This document shows, piece after piece, positions 30,601 through 39,424 of a stretch of 58,780 bases of DNA. The stretch is taken from the IMG/VR virus record IMGVR_UViG_3300016484_000424, positions 1-58,780 of that record. One strand, written 5' to 3'. The notes under the pieces are model-generated. The model saw nothing but the letters and a program-made list of their open reading frames with translations, did not search any database and had not been told where the DNA came from. This stretch comes from a virus. Lineage: Duplodnaviria > Caudoviricetes. The position numbers were made by a program, and so were the translations under genes. The stretch's first letter is position 1, and each line of letters starts with the position of its first letter.

Positions 30601-33600
30601 CCGTCACGCAAGGTCAACGATCCGGGGTTCTTCGATACCCCTGACGGCGCCATGGTGCGCAATGCCCTGAGGTACGCCAAGGCCCAGGGTTGGGACATGG
30701 ATGCGGTTGTCGGCGCGATGCGCGGCCGCGCTGCTGAGTGGGCCGGAGACGATGCGCCCGAGTTGTTCGGCCGTCTGTTCAAAGAGGCTGGAGTGAAGCT
30801 GCCGAGTGCAGCCATACCGAAGGCCATCGAAGCACCCACCACCAAGCCCGAGAGTGCGGTTCCAACTGGTGACCGCACCCAAGAACGCGCAGAGCACGCC
30901 GCCCTACTCGAAGAAGCAGGCATCACCAAGGAAGAGATCAATGCGCTCCATGGCACCGACATCACAGAAGCCCTCGCTGAATCTCCCGCCAAGGCTGAAG
31001 ACAAGCCCGCAGCGCGAAGCACTGAGGCAGGGGGCGCTGAGCAAGATCCGGGAGATGTCGCCGGAGAAGCGGCAGCGCCTGATGCTGCTGGAGGCCAAGA
31101 GGCGGGGCCTGACCGTGAAGGGCTGACCCTCACCACGCACACCACCGCCAAGGGCAAGACCCTTGAGGGCTACATCGTTGCTGTCAGCAAGGAGCGCGCG
31201 GCCGAGATCGACCCCTATACATTCCGCAAGGATGGGGGCTACTTCATCCGCAAGGCCCGTGCTGATGAACTGAGCAAGGAAGAACTTGCGGCCCTGGCTG
31301 ATGCGAAGCCTGTGGAGGCGGCAGCCAAGCCTGAAGCCGCGGAGCCGAAGGCAGAAGCCGAGCCCGAGAAGCCCAAGGCCAGCAAGACGGCCGCCATGCG
31401 TGCGGTGGCCCAGCGCGCCATCGAAGCCGCCCAGGCCGACCAGTCGCGCGACCGGAACACGAACACCGCGCGCCGTGCTGCAATGGCGAGTTCTGCGGAG
31501 TCTGACGCTCGCAAGCGCGAGGCAGTTGGCCGAACGATGCTGAACCTGGCTGACGCCATCGACAAGGGCGAAGCGCCTTTGCTGGAGGGCATCACTACGC
31601 GGGCACACGTTGAGGAACTGGACAGGGCGCTCACGGCGGCCATGTACGAGAGCGACCGAGGCTTGTCCTACGTGGAACAGCAGCGCCAGAAGGGCCGCGC
31701 GCCGGAAGAGCGCGACATCGCTAACGCCAAGATTGTGCAGCCGTCATGGAGCAATGGCGGTGCCAACAAGGAGAAACTGCGCGAAGCCATCAAGGGCAAG
31801 AAGGGTGTCCGCGAGGTCGAGAAGTTGCTGTTCGGCCCGCCGACTGCCGAGCTTCTGGCGGCCGTCAAGGCTATGGGCGTGTCCAAGAAGGACATTGACT
31901 ACGCTTTCGGCTGGTGGAACATCGAGGCGATTGCCCGCGTTCAGCGTCTTGCCAAGGTCGGCATCAAGACGAACGATGACTTGCGCGCTGCGCTGCGGCA
32001 GTACATTCAGTTCAAGGACGGCCCGAAGGCCGAAGACCCCATCAAGGCCCTGGAGCGCAAGTTGATCGGCTCCAAGGTGGGCTTTGACTTCTTCCCCACG
32101 CCCGCTGGCGTTGCCCAGCAGATGGTGCAACTGGCCGACATCAAGGCTGGCGACCGCGTGCTTGAGCCAAGCGCTGGCAACGGCAACATCGCTGACGCAG
32201 CCAAGGCCGCAGGCGCCAAGGTGGATGTCATCGAGATCAGCAGCCAATTGCGCGAGCTTCTGGAGGCCAAGGGCTACCCGGTTGTCGAGAACGACTTCAT
32301 GAAGTTCGAGCCCGCCGAGAAGTACGACGCGGTGCTGATGAACCCGCCCTTCAGCAACCGCCTGGACGCCGAGCACATCCGCCGCGCGTTTGGCATGGTG
32401 AAGCCCGGCGGCAAGGTCATCGCCATTGCTGGCGAAGGCGTCTTCAACGGCTCCGACGCGAAGGCCAAGGAGTTCCGCGACTGGCTGGACGAGGTTGGCG
32501 CAGTGGTCGAGAAGCTGCCCGAGAAGACCTTCACCGACTCCAAACTGCTGGCTCAGACTTCGACCAACGCACGGCTGATCACGATTGCGGCGCCTGCCGC
32601 ACAAGCCGCTGCCCCCAGTGCAACCACAGATGCACAGAAGGCTGCGAAGAGTGAGGAAGTTGCAGCAGAGCCAGCCAAGCCAGCAGCGCAGTCCAAGAAC
32701 TCCACAAATCTGTTTGAGGAGTTCATTGCGAGTTATGAGACTCCGCAAGAGGCTGGTGCCGCACGCAAAGCACTGGGCGCAACGGTGACTTGGAAAAACG
32801 GACTCACGGGGGCCTTGTCGGACCACATCCTTTCTGAGTATTCGGCTGGCGCCCGCGTTGTTCTGAGTGCCAGCGGGCCAGCGTTTGTCCACAAAGACAT
32901 GAAGGGATGGTCTAAGAGCAACATCGGCGCGTACGGCATGCAGTTTGCCAATTGGCTTTCGTCGCAAGACGATGTTGGAGCCAAGCCAGCAGCGCAGGCT
33001 GAGAAGGCCCTATTCAACACCAAGGATGATGGCTACACTGCGACCAATGAGTTCCAACCCGACTTCTCAGAGCCCGCAAGAGCAAACATCCGGCTGCTTA
33101 CTCGTGGAGTCGGAGGTCGGGCCAATACGGTTCATCCTTATGTCGGAAGAAGCGTATCAGCGGATGCGCCCATCAGCCTTGTGGCCCAGGCCATCGGAGC
33201 GCGAGTACAGTGGTTCGGAGTACGGAGCAGTCTGGACGCGCAAGACAAGCGTGACTTCGGATTCTTCAACGGCGCAACCATTGGCGACACCATCTTCCTT
33301 CGATCCGAAGGCGTTGACAGACCGCACCTGACGGTTCTGTTTCACGAGTTCGCGCACTACTTGCGGAAGACCGATCCGCAGGCTTACGCGGAACTGGTCG
33401 ATGCTGTTTCGCCATTCGTCAAGGTAGACAAGTACGAAGCGGAATTTCCGAATACGGCTGTGGCGCGCAACGTCAAGACGCCTGACGGAGTTCAAGAAGA
33501 GTTCATGGGCGAGGTGCTGTCTGACGCATCCATGAGCCCCAAGTTCTGGAGCGCCCTCGGCAAGAACAACCCCTCGCTGCTTCAGAAGGTGGCTGGCTTC

Positions 33601-36600
33601 ATCTTCGACATGATCAACAAGATCAAGGCGACGGTGGGCTACTCCAACAAGACCGAGAAGTACCTGAGCGACTTTGACCGGGTGATGGAGCTTGTGGGCG
33701 AAGTGCTGGCGAAGCACGACATCAAGCCCAGCAGTCTCAGGGGCATGGATGGCAAGCCGGTCTACAACCGCAAGGAAGACGAAACCCCTGTCACCTCGCA
33801 AGGCCGCCTGAAGTCCAAGGTCGGCGACATGATCAATTCCCACTTCGCTGGCACGATCAGCGGGTGGGACAAGACAGTGGGCACGCCGTACAACCTGGCG
33901 CAGCGCAGGCCTCAGTTCAAGCGGGTGTTTGATGGCCTGACGGACTTCATCAATGGGGTTTCGACCTTTGCGCATACCGCCGCTGACAAGGCGCCGACGT
34001 GGCTTCCAAGTCTGAACAGCGTCAGCGACTTCTTTGAGCGCCGCCCTGCGGACAGCAAATCATTGCTTCCATTCCGCATCAAGACCCCAGTGAAGCGCGA
34101 AGACAGCGATGCCGTGGCAAAGCCCATCTTCGAGGGCACCATCGCCTGGACCCGCGACGGCAAGGGCGAGCCCATCAAGATCGAAGAGGCCAAGGCCGCC
34201 GCCGAGAAGTTGAGCGTGGACGAGAAGGCCCGCGCGCTGCTGAAGGGCGGCCACGTCGCGCCGCGCGTGCTGAAGATGTGGCAGGGCCAGGAGCTCGACG
34301 CCTACGAGAAGATCATCGTCGGCAAGTACGAGCGCGACATGCTGGCTACCGGCATCGTCTTCACGCCCGACGAACTGAAGTCCATCTTCGGCCTGACGCC
34401 CAAGCAGATCGGGCTCTACAAGGAGTTCCACGCTGGTGTGGGCAAGAGCCTGGAGGACATGACGGTTTCGGCCATGCTGCGCGTTGGCGGCAAGGACACG
34501 GCAGACTTGCGCGAGCAGGCCCTGAAGATGTCCATGGACGATGCGGCCGAGTTGCTGCGCGACCGGATGTACGAACTGGCTGCCCAAGCATCTGGCAAGG
34601 CCAAGGAAGAGTTGGACGCCGCCGGCGACCAGATGATCGAACTGGCCGACAAGGTGAGCGCACTGAAGCGCCGCGGCTATGCCCCGCTGATGCGTTTTGG
34701 CGACCTGACCATCACGGCCTACGACAAGACCGGCGAGATGACCTACTTCGGCATGTACGAGGGCAAGGTCGAGCGCTTCACGGCCCTGCAGAAACTCAAG
34801 GCCGAGTTCCCTGAGGCAACCTTCAAGATGGGCTCAGTCTCCAAGGAAGAGTACAAGCAGTTCGCGGCCATCTCGCCCGAAACCCTTGAGCTCTTCGGCG
34901 ACATCATGGGCGACAAGCTGGGCTTCAACACCAGCGATCCGGTCTATCAGGAGTACCTGCGCAAGGCCAAGGCCAACAACTCGGGCATGAGGCGCCTGAT
35001 CCACCGCAAGGGCACGGCAGGCTACCGCGAAGAGCCGGCCCGCGTGCTGGCCTCGTTCATCTACTCCAATGCCCGGCAGACCTCGCGCAACCTGCACTCA
35101 GGCGACATCGCCCAGGCCATCGCCGACATTGACCGCGAAGAAGGTCAACTGAAGGACTACGCGATCAAGCTGGACGAGTACGTGCGCAACCCGCAGGAAG
35201 AGGCGCAAGCCATCCGTGGGCTGATGTTCGTCAACTTCATCGGCGGCTCGCTGGCCAGCGCTGCTGTCAACCTGACCCAGCCGTTTGCCGTCACCCTGCC
35301 CTACCTGCACGCCTTCGACGCCAAGGCCAGCCTCAGGATGAGCAACGCCCTGCGCGTGATGTGGTCCAAGAAGACCGGCAACACCAAACTGGACGCAGCC
35401 ATCGCAGAAGCCGAGCGCATCGGCATTCTGGATCCGCAGGAGATCCACCACCTACAGGCCCAGGCGCGCGGCGCCGAGCAACTGAAGTCTGGCAGGGGTG
35501 TGATCGGCAAGACCGCGGCCAAGGCCAGCAATTCACTTTCGCGCCTGATGGTCCTATGGGGCACGCCGTTCAGTCTGGCCGAGGCCTTCAACCGCCGCCT
35601 GACCTTCGTGTCGGCCGCGATGATCGCCATTCACAAGGGCATGGACCCAGTGGAGTTCGGCAAGAAGGCGATTGCGGAAACGCAGTTCGTGTATTCAAAG
35701 CACAACAACCCGGTATGGGCACGCGGCGCAGTCGGCGCAACCCTGTTCACCTTCAAGAAGTTCGGCGTCTCATGGATCGAAACCATGGTTCGCTTGGCCA
35801 ACTCCGGCCCGCAAGGTAAGGCCGCTGCGCTGGTCATGCTGGCCGCGCTGGTCATGCTGGCTGGTGTTGATGGCCTGCCCTTCCGCGAAGACCTTGAAGA
35901 CCTGATCGACGGCTTTGCCAACCGGGTGCTGGATCGCAACTTCCAGACGAAGGCATGGCGACACAAGCTGACCAAGCAAGTCTTCGGTGAGGGCTGGTCC
36001 AACTTCGTGAACAACGGGCTGTCGGGGCTGCCGGGATCGCCGATCGACGTGTCGGGTCGCTTGGGTATGCACAACCTGATTCCGATGACCGGCCTGATGG
36101 TAAAGAAGACGGACTACACCCGCGACGTGATGGAGATCACTGGCGCGGCCGGCGGCATCCTGAAGCAGTATGCTGAGGCAGCCGCTCTTCTTGCCGAAGG
36201 CGAAGTCTTGCGTACCGCGGCAAAGGCGTTGCCGATCGCAGGACAGAACATCCTCAAGGCGGCAGACATGGCGAACACTGGCGCCTACCGCGATGCTCGC
36301 GGGTACATCGTGACGAAGACGACGCCGGCCGAGGCCGCAGCCAAGGCGATTGGCTTCCAGCCGAAGTCGGTGGCCGATGAGCAGGAAGACAACTTCGGCC
36401 AGCAGCGCCGGATTGCCTTCGTCAAGATGGTTGAATCCGAGCTGGTCGAACGCATGGCGGCCGGCAAGTTCTTGAAGGATGAGGACATGTTCAAGGCAGC
36501 CAATGATCGCTTGGCCACATGGAACAAGGACAACCCGGACTCAGTGATCAAGATCGACGCCCGACAGATCATCGAGCGCGTGAAGAAGATGAACACGCCG

Positions 36601-36672
36601 AAGAACCAACGCATCATCCAATCCGCTCCGCGCGAAATGCGGGGCTCCGTTCAGGAGGCATTCCAGCGATGA
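27673..36672 (+). CDS. Giant polyvalent virion protein (PLxRFG family) with ParB-like, N6-MTase-like and zincin domains
   Basis: ILDGHHQW; FFPTP, VLEPSAGNG, NPPF; LFHEFAH; YAPLMRFG. Confidence 0.85.
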   Translation: MAREIELHDGTVLEFPDNTPDDVLLRVGKQETLKLNQYNTDETSRLAARANAAKADPAPVADAPDNSPAMPIVPSSTPSVYANPVQRLRRMDNQQQAAATAATPLLDRPVPGYQPSGADLEAMSNAPSVLQADARAKRPYQEAKPLTFAQEVAADVGDVARKNPLAAGVVAGFSGLGKVGVGAVRAGADLVGADGIAKSAAGASRLATDVEQQATRGLDGNAKLVADVTSSIINSAPSLAMGMMGGPALRTLFVTSAANEYNAGRDAGFNGAESAARAGIMGAAAAIGERFGFAQQIGLLKGAMKRMPSGDMAKLLGQMITNEVPGEQLTTALQFLADKAGPAALNPNATVEDYLKAAGETLKVTLGQSAVMGGGPVAINKARETLKRVDSGSGVRDIRIADAIDAAEPPKRPTELRTEHIARVDDFAATHGVPPTVVSKIKSALDGVPLAQLPQATRAIVSTLAERGIIRAPVDEQTLASLDAPAPVQSAPKDAIPAADLIDPQEPSAPPPADPQTIAGPAINRNWTAFSPESGSLGIPRDQMPQIPNRGALANFLAAKGIERQTGMVDPSELKPTQGEFSPQKITESDSSRSVIVSSDGYILDGHHQWLAHLNDGAPVSVIRFNAPIQDLLRLAHQLPSSTTAKGPTIKKAQPDAGTVDGNAGLGVDQPGAVQRSDGLQDVPRADAGAAAVPPDGRREPDGPGPGKRDDALTLDTIQPGDITRPGGAPFRTMANAMSALSRAGQDTHELARVEGGLVVRAKKQDQGAAAPVGAGSSQPSPASSAPVRVIADAGRTRAQAVQLGVVPNADGSLTPVIGGAPVLQKTGEPVTIKPDATDLQIKKAVREAGTVPEAVKFYPPAVQEEDAPPAPRIDKAKLGAMTADELASAHETARAHNKEVERIGLKKFFGAEKADELMKLPQRRRDKWMSENLTVEQDDWMQARYANEDDVQSFKTTAHSFDTESAAALGRSIAVPSRKVNDPGFFDTPDGAMVRNALRYAKAQGWDMDAVVGAMRGRAAEWAGDDAPELFGRLFKEAGVKLPSAAIPKAIEAPTTKPESAVPTGDRTQERAEHAALLEEAGITKEEINALHGTDITEALAESPAKAEDKPAARSTEAGGAEQDPGDVAGEAAAPDAAGGQEAGPDREGLTLTTHTTAKGKTLEGYIVAVSKERAAEIDPYTFRKDGGYFIRKARADELSKEELAALADAKPVEAAAKPEAAEPKAEAEPEKPKASKTAAMRAVAQRAIEAAQADQSRDRNTNTARRAAMASSAESDARKREAVGRTMLNLADAIDKGEAPLLEGITTRAHVEELDRALTAAMYESDRGLSYVEQQRQKGRAPEERDIANAKIVQPSWSNGGANKEKLREAIKGKKGVREVEKLLFGPPTAELLAAVKAMGVSKKDIDYAFGWWNIEAIARVQRLAKVGIKTNDDLRAALRQYIQFKDGPKAEDPIKALERKLIGSKVGFDFFPTPAGVAQQMVQLADIKAGDRVLEPSAGNGNIADAAKAAGAKVDVIEISSQLRELLEAKGYPVVENDFMKFEPAEKYDAVLMNPPFSNRLDAEHIRRAFGMVKPGGKVIAIAGEGVFNGSDAKAKEFRDWLDEVGAVVEKLPEKTFTDSKLLAQTSTNARLITIAAPAAQAAAPSATTDAQKAAKSEEVAAEPAKPAAQSKNSTNLFEEFIASYETPQEAGAARKALGATVTWKNGLTGALSDHILSEYSAGARVVLSASGPAFVHKDMKGWSKSNIGAYGMQFANWLSSQDDVGAKPAAQAEKALFNTKDDGYTATNEFQPDFSEPARANIRLLTRGVGGRANTVHPYVGRSVSADAPISLVAQAIGARVQWFGVRSSLDAQDKRDFGFFNGATIGDTIFLRSEGVDRPHLTVLFHEFAHYLRKTDPQAYAELVDAVSPFVKVDKYEAEFPNTAVARNVKTPDGVQEEFMGEVLSDASMSPKFWSALGKNNPSLLQKVAGFIFDMINKIKATVGYSNKTEKYLSDFDRVMELVGEVLAKHDIKPSSLRGMDGKPVYNRKEDETPVTSQGRLKSKVGDMINSHFAGTISGWDKTVGTPYNLAQRRPQFKRVFDGLTDFINGVSTFAHTAADKAPTWLPSLNSVSDFFERRPADSKSLLPFRIKTPVKREDSDAVAKPIFEGTIAWTRDGKGEPIKIEEAKAAAEKLSVDEKARALLKGGHVAPRVLKMWQGQELDAYEKIIVGKYERDMLATGIVFTPDELKSIFGLTPKQIGLYKEFHAGVGKSLEDMTVSAMLRVGGKDTADLREQALKMSMDDAAELLRDRMYELAAQASGKAKEELDAAGDQMIELADKVSALKRRGYAPLMRFGDLTITAYDKTGEMTYFGMYEGKVERFTALQKLKAEFPEATFKMGSVSKEEYKQFAAISPETLELFGDIMGDKLGFNTSDPVYQEYLRKAKANNSGMRRLIHRKGTAGYREEPARVLASFIYSNARQTSRNLHSGDIAQAIADIDREEGQLKDYAIKLDEYVRNPQEEAQAIRGLMFVNFIGGSLASAAVNLTQPFAVTLPYLHAFDAKASLRMSNALRVMWSKKTGNTKLDAAIAEAERIGILDPQEIHHLQAQARGAEQLKSGRGVIGKTAAKASNSLSRLMVLWGTPFSLAEAFNRRLTFVSAAMIAIHKGMDPVEFGKKAIAETQFVYSKHNNPVWARGAVGATLFTFKKFGVSWIETMVRLANSGPQGKAAALVMLAALVMLAGVDGLPFREDLEDLIDGFANRVLDRNFQTKAWRHKLTKQVFGEGWSNFVNNGLSGLPGSPIDVSGRLGMHNLIPMTGLMVKKTDYTRDVMEITGAAGGILKQYAEAAALLAEGEVLRTAAKALPIAGQNILKAADMANTGAYRDARGYIVTKTTPAEAAAKAIGFQPKSVADEQEDNFGQQRRIAFVKMVESELVERMAAGKFLKDEDMFKAANDRLATWNKDNPDSVIKIDARQIIERVKKMNTPKNQRIIQSAPREMRGSVQEAFQR

Positions 36673-36866
36673 CCCTTGCAAAACTGGCCGTAGGGTGTGG
36701 CACATTGGGAATCATTGTCGCCACCATGCCCTGGGGGCTGCTGATCCTCGTTCCGCTGGCCGTCTTTTCCATCAATGACCTTTGGGGCGACGAATTGAGC
36801 GAGGCATGGCAGACAACTCGCTCGCGTGTCATGCGCGCCATCAACGACATCCGCGGCCGAGCCTGA
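36669..36866 (+). CDS. Small membrane protein
   Basis: ATGA overlap, hydrophobic. Confidence 0.5.
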   Translation: MTLAKLAVGCGTLGIIVATMPWGLLILVPLAVFSINDLWGDELSEAWQTTRSRVMRAINDIRGRA

Positions 36867-36869
36867 GCC

Positions 36870-37064
36870 ATGGCTTGGGTAGCAGTCAAGTCGCGCGCCA
36901 TCCGCGCCATCGACTACGACAAGGAGAGCCTTGAGCTCGAAATCATGTTCGCTCAGGGGAATTCCTACACCTACTACAACGTCCCGCCGCAGGTTGTGGC
37001 TGGCCTCTTGGGTGCGAACTCAAAAGGCCAGTTCTACAACAACTTCATCAAGGACCGGTACTGA
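36870..37064 (+). CDS. KTSC domain protein
   Basis: V.S..I.AIDYD....LEI.F..G..Y.Y..VP.....L..A.SKG.FYN..IK..Y. Confidence 0.9.
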   Translation: MAWVAVKSRAIRAIDYDKESLELEIMFAQGNSYTYYNVPPQVVAGLLGANSKGQFYNNFIKDRY

Positions 37065-37818
37065 ACAAATCCTTCGGCGTCTTCACCGAGAAGATTCCGG
37101 CCAGCTTGGTCAGCCCCTTGGGCAGGATGTGGCAGTACGGCGCGTGCACCTTCTGACCAGTCTTCTGGTCGGTGTAGCTGCATTCCTTGTACTGCAGGTT
37201 TCCGTTCTTGATGTGCGGCTGGTAGGCCACCCATCTGCCATTGAGGCGATAGACCCAGCCGTTGGCATGCAGCCAGTTGGTCAGTTCTTCTTGCTTGACG
37301 CTCAGGATCTTGCTGGCTTCTCGGAAGGTGATCGAGCCTTCTTCGGCTGAGATCAGGTCCAGCGCATCAGCCTTGGGCGCAGCGATGGCCAGGGCGGTTT
37401 CTGCCTTGTCGGCGCGCTCTGACTCGTCAGCGGCAAGGCGAAGCGCTTCGGGCAGGCTCTTGGGGATCTTGCCGTAGAAGCCCGAGGCTGCCAAGTTCAC
37501 CTGCTGCATGCAGACCATGGCGTCATAGGCCCGGATGACCTTCAGGTGGAAGGCTGCATTGATCCACATGGCGTAGGCGTAGACCAGCTCCTTGGCGACG
37601 TAGGTGCCCTGTTCGTTTGGAATCCCGCCCTTTTGGGCCGATGCGGAAATTCCCGCATCGCCAAGTTCGGCGATCAGTGCCTGGGTCTGCTTGTTACGAA
37701 GCCACTCGCCCGGCCTGTGGTTGGGATTCCCGCCGCTGGCCTTGTGCAGATCGTTCAGGCAGTACCGCCCTTCCCGGTCAATGCGGATCTCGATGTTGGC
37801 GATGATGAGTTCGCTCAT
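37048..37818 (-). CDS. ant: Antirepressor (KilA-N plus KilAC/ANT)
   Basis: GRYCLNDLHKASG, GTYVAKELVYAYAMWI..AFHLKVIR; P.SLPEALRLAAD, APKA, PKGL.KLA. Confidence 0.9.
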   Translation of the reverse strand: MSELIIANIEIRIDREGRYCLNDLHKASGGNPNHRPGEWLRNKQTQALIAELGDAGISASAQKGGIPNEQGTYVAKELVYAYAMWINAAFHLKVIRAYDAMVCMQQVNLAASGFYGKIPKSLPEALRLAADESERADKAETALAIAAPKADALDLISAEEGSITFREASKILSVKQEELTNWLHANGWVYRLNGRWVAYQPHIKNGNLQYKECSYTDQKTGQKVHAPYCHILPKGLTKLAGIFSVKTPKDLFSTGP

Positions 37819-38231
37819 TGCTTCACTCCCTTCGGAGCCGGGCAGCGGCGCAGGTTCACGTCCTGAATCGAGGTCTCCCAGAACTCGCGGCGGTCCACGG
37901 CGTTGTCATCCACGTTGCGGACCTTCAGGCCACGCGAGACAGACTGGATCAGCCACATGTTGGGCAACTCGTGGTTGTTGTCCGGGCCGATGATCTTGAC
38001 CACCGCGCCCCGGTTGGCCGGCAGGCATCCGCCCCAGAGGTAAGCGTAGTGGCCGGGCCAGATCCGGTGGCGCTGGCTGAGGGCGCTGACACCCTTTGGC
38101 AGACTGCGCTTTGTGCACGGCGGGTTGGCCACGGCCGGGCGGTCTTCCGGCCAGAGGGCGATGACGTTGGGCGCGATCAGGCGCCGTTGGGGGATGAGGT
38201 CTTGCGCTTGGATGCGCTGGGCGTTTGCCAT
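37815..38231 (-). CDS. Hypothetical protein of the antirepressor operon
   Basis: GGAG RBS; overlaps the ant start. Confidence 0.55.
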   Translation of the reverse strand: MANAQRIQAQDLIPQRRLIAPNVIALWPEDRPAVANPPCTKRSLPKGVSALSQRHRIWPGHYAYLWGGCLPANRGAVVKIIGPDNNHELPNMWLIQSVSRGLKVRNVDDNAVDRREFWETSIQDVNLRRCPAPKGVKQ

Positions 38232-38275
38232 GGTGGGCTCCGAGTGCTCGTTTGCATCGGCTGCACGCCCATCTG

Positions 38276-38461
38276 TCACAAAAGGCGGCAGCCCTGGCGG
38301 GTTGACAGACAGGGAGCACCGCGGAGCGGAAACCTGCGAGCCTTTCGGCTCCCCGCCAGGACCACCATTGAAAGTGTCCAGGCAACAAAAAAGCCGCAGA
38401 AGAACTCGATGCGGCTTTGGCCGCGGTACTCTCGGGCTGTCAAACCCGACTGCTTTCTCAA
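38276..38461 (-). CDS. Ash/Icd-like leader ORF
   Basis: CGFF......MV..AG..K.R pattern; overlies the antisense RNA. Confidence 0.4.
   Translation of the reverse strand: MRKQSGLTAREYRGQSRIEFFCGFFVAWTLSMVVLAGSRKARRFPLRGAPCLSTRQGCRLL
38285..38368 (-). ncRNA. C4/CI-type antisense RNA
   Basis: CCTGGCGGG/CCCGCCAGG closing stem, GAGCC-GAAA-GGCTC hairpin; CCGCGGTGCTC and CTGTCAA are complementary to upstream TTGACAG..GAGTACCGCGG (38421-38446). Confidence 0.7.
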
Positions 38462-38472
38462 GCAGCGAACGA

Positions 38473-38502
38473 ATCCTACGGCAGGGTGCTGACGCTTGTC
38501 AA
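38473..38502 (-). promoter_or_regulatory. Sigma70 promoter of the c4-ant operon
   Basis: TTGACA-N18-TAGGAT. Confidence 0.6.
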
Positions 38503-38519
38503 CACCCTTTGCGTGCAGC

Positions 38520-39176
38520 CTACCGCTTCAGCAGCACCGTAGCCACGCCAATGTTCCCGATCACCGCCCCGCCGATCAAAAGCTTGTCGGACTGTATCAA
38601 GACGCCGGACCCAGTTGAGTTTGGTGCGCCGCATGGCGCCGGCCCGAGATTGAGTGTCAGGCGGTAGAAGTTCTTGCCGGAGGGGTCAGGAGCCACGGAG
38701 CCAGTGGCAGTACAGCCAGCATTTACGCCAACGAGAGCGCCGGAACTCGAAATCGTCACAGTGCCACCTCCATCCGGCGTGTAGGTGCCAGCAATATTGG
38801 CGAGGCTTGCGGCCGTGTCGTAACCCGGAAAGTAGGTCAACGTCAGCGGTCCTGTGACGCCGAGGGCGGAAACGGTGCCGGCGATTTTTGACTTCTCGGT
38901 GATCGTCCCGGTCAGAGTTCCGGGGATGGCGAGAGGTGGGGCGTACGCATTGAATTGTCCGCTGAGGGAGGACCCAGAAACAGAGATGTTCCCGGCCAGC
39001 AAGTACGGGCTGTTTCCCGAGACGCCAACAGCCCAGAACTCGCCAGTGTTGGCAATCAACACACCGAGATTATCAGAATCCCAGAACCCTTCGGCAGAAG
39101 CCGCAGCGTCTCCACCGCCACCGCCGCCGCACCCGGCCAACGCCACGGCAAGCGCTGCAATCACTCGTTTGATCAT
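38520..39176 (-). CDS. Lipoprotein (moron)
   Basis: MIKR..ALAVALAG-C-GGGGGG lipobox; beta-rich. Confidence 0.8.
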   Translation of the reverse strand: MIKRVIAALAVALAGCGGGGGGDAAASAEGFWDSDNLGVLIANTGEFWAVGVSGNSPYLLAGNISVSGSSLSGQFNAYAPPLAIPGTLTGTITEKSKIAGTVSALGVTGPLTLTYFPGYDTAASLANIAGTYTPDGGGTVTISSSGALVGVNAGCTATGSVAPDPSGKNFYRLTLNLGPAPCGAPNSTGSGVLIQSDKLLIGGAVIGNIGVATVLLKR

Positions 39177-39384
39177 GTTCTCTCCCGTTGTTTCGGCAGG
39201 GCTTTGAACAGCGCCGCCCCACCACAAGGCGCAAAGCATTATGTGGCCTGCTAGGCCGTGTTTGCCTTCAGGGACTGGCGGGGTTGAGCTTCACGAGCAA
39301 TTCCCCGGCGCCATCACGCGCGGCATACCGGCATTAGGCTTGCTTCTGCGATTGTTGTTATCCGTCATTTTTGCTGTGTCATGG

Positions 39385-39424
39385 GTGTTAGCGGCGCAAT
39401 TTGTCGCCCTAAATCAAGTTAGGC
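39385..39424 (+). mobile_element. attI-like site heading cassette array L
   Basis: TGTTAGCGGCGCAATTTGTCGCCCTAAATCAAG/TTAGGC vs attI1 TGTTACGCAGCAGGGCAGTCGCCCTAAAACAAAG/TT (recalled); no attC hairpin here. Confidence 0.75.

Noticed and set aside
38440-39420. LexA box at the ant promoter or near attI
   Set aside because: No CTGT-N8-ACAG match found by eye
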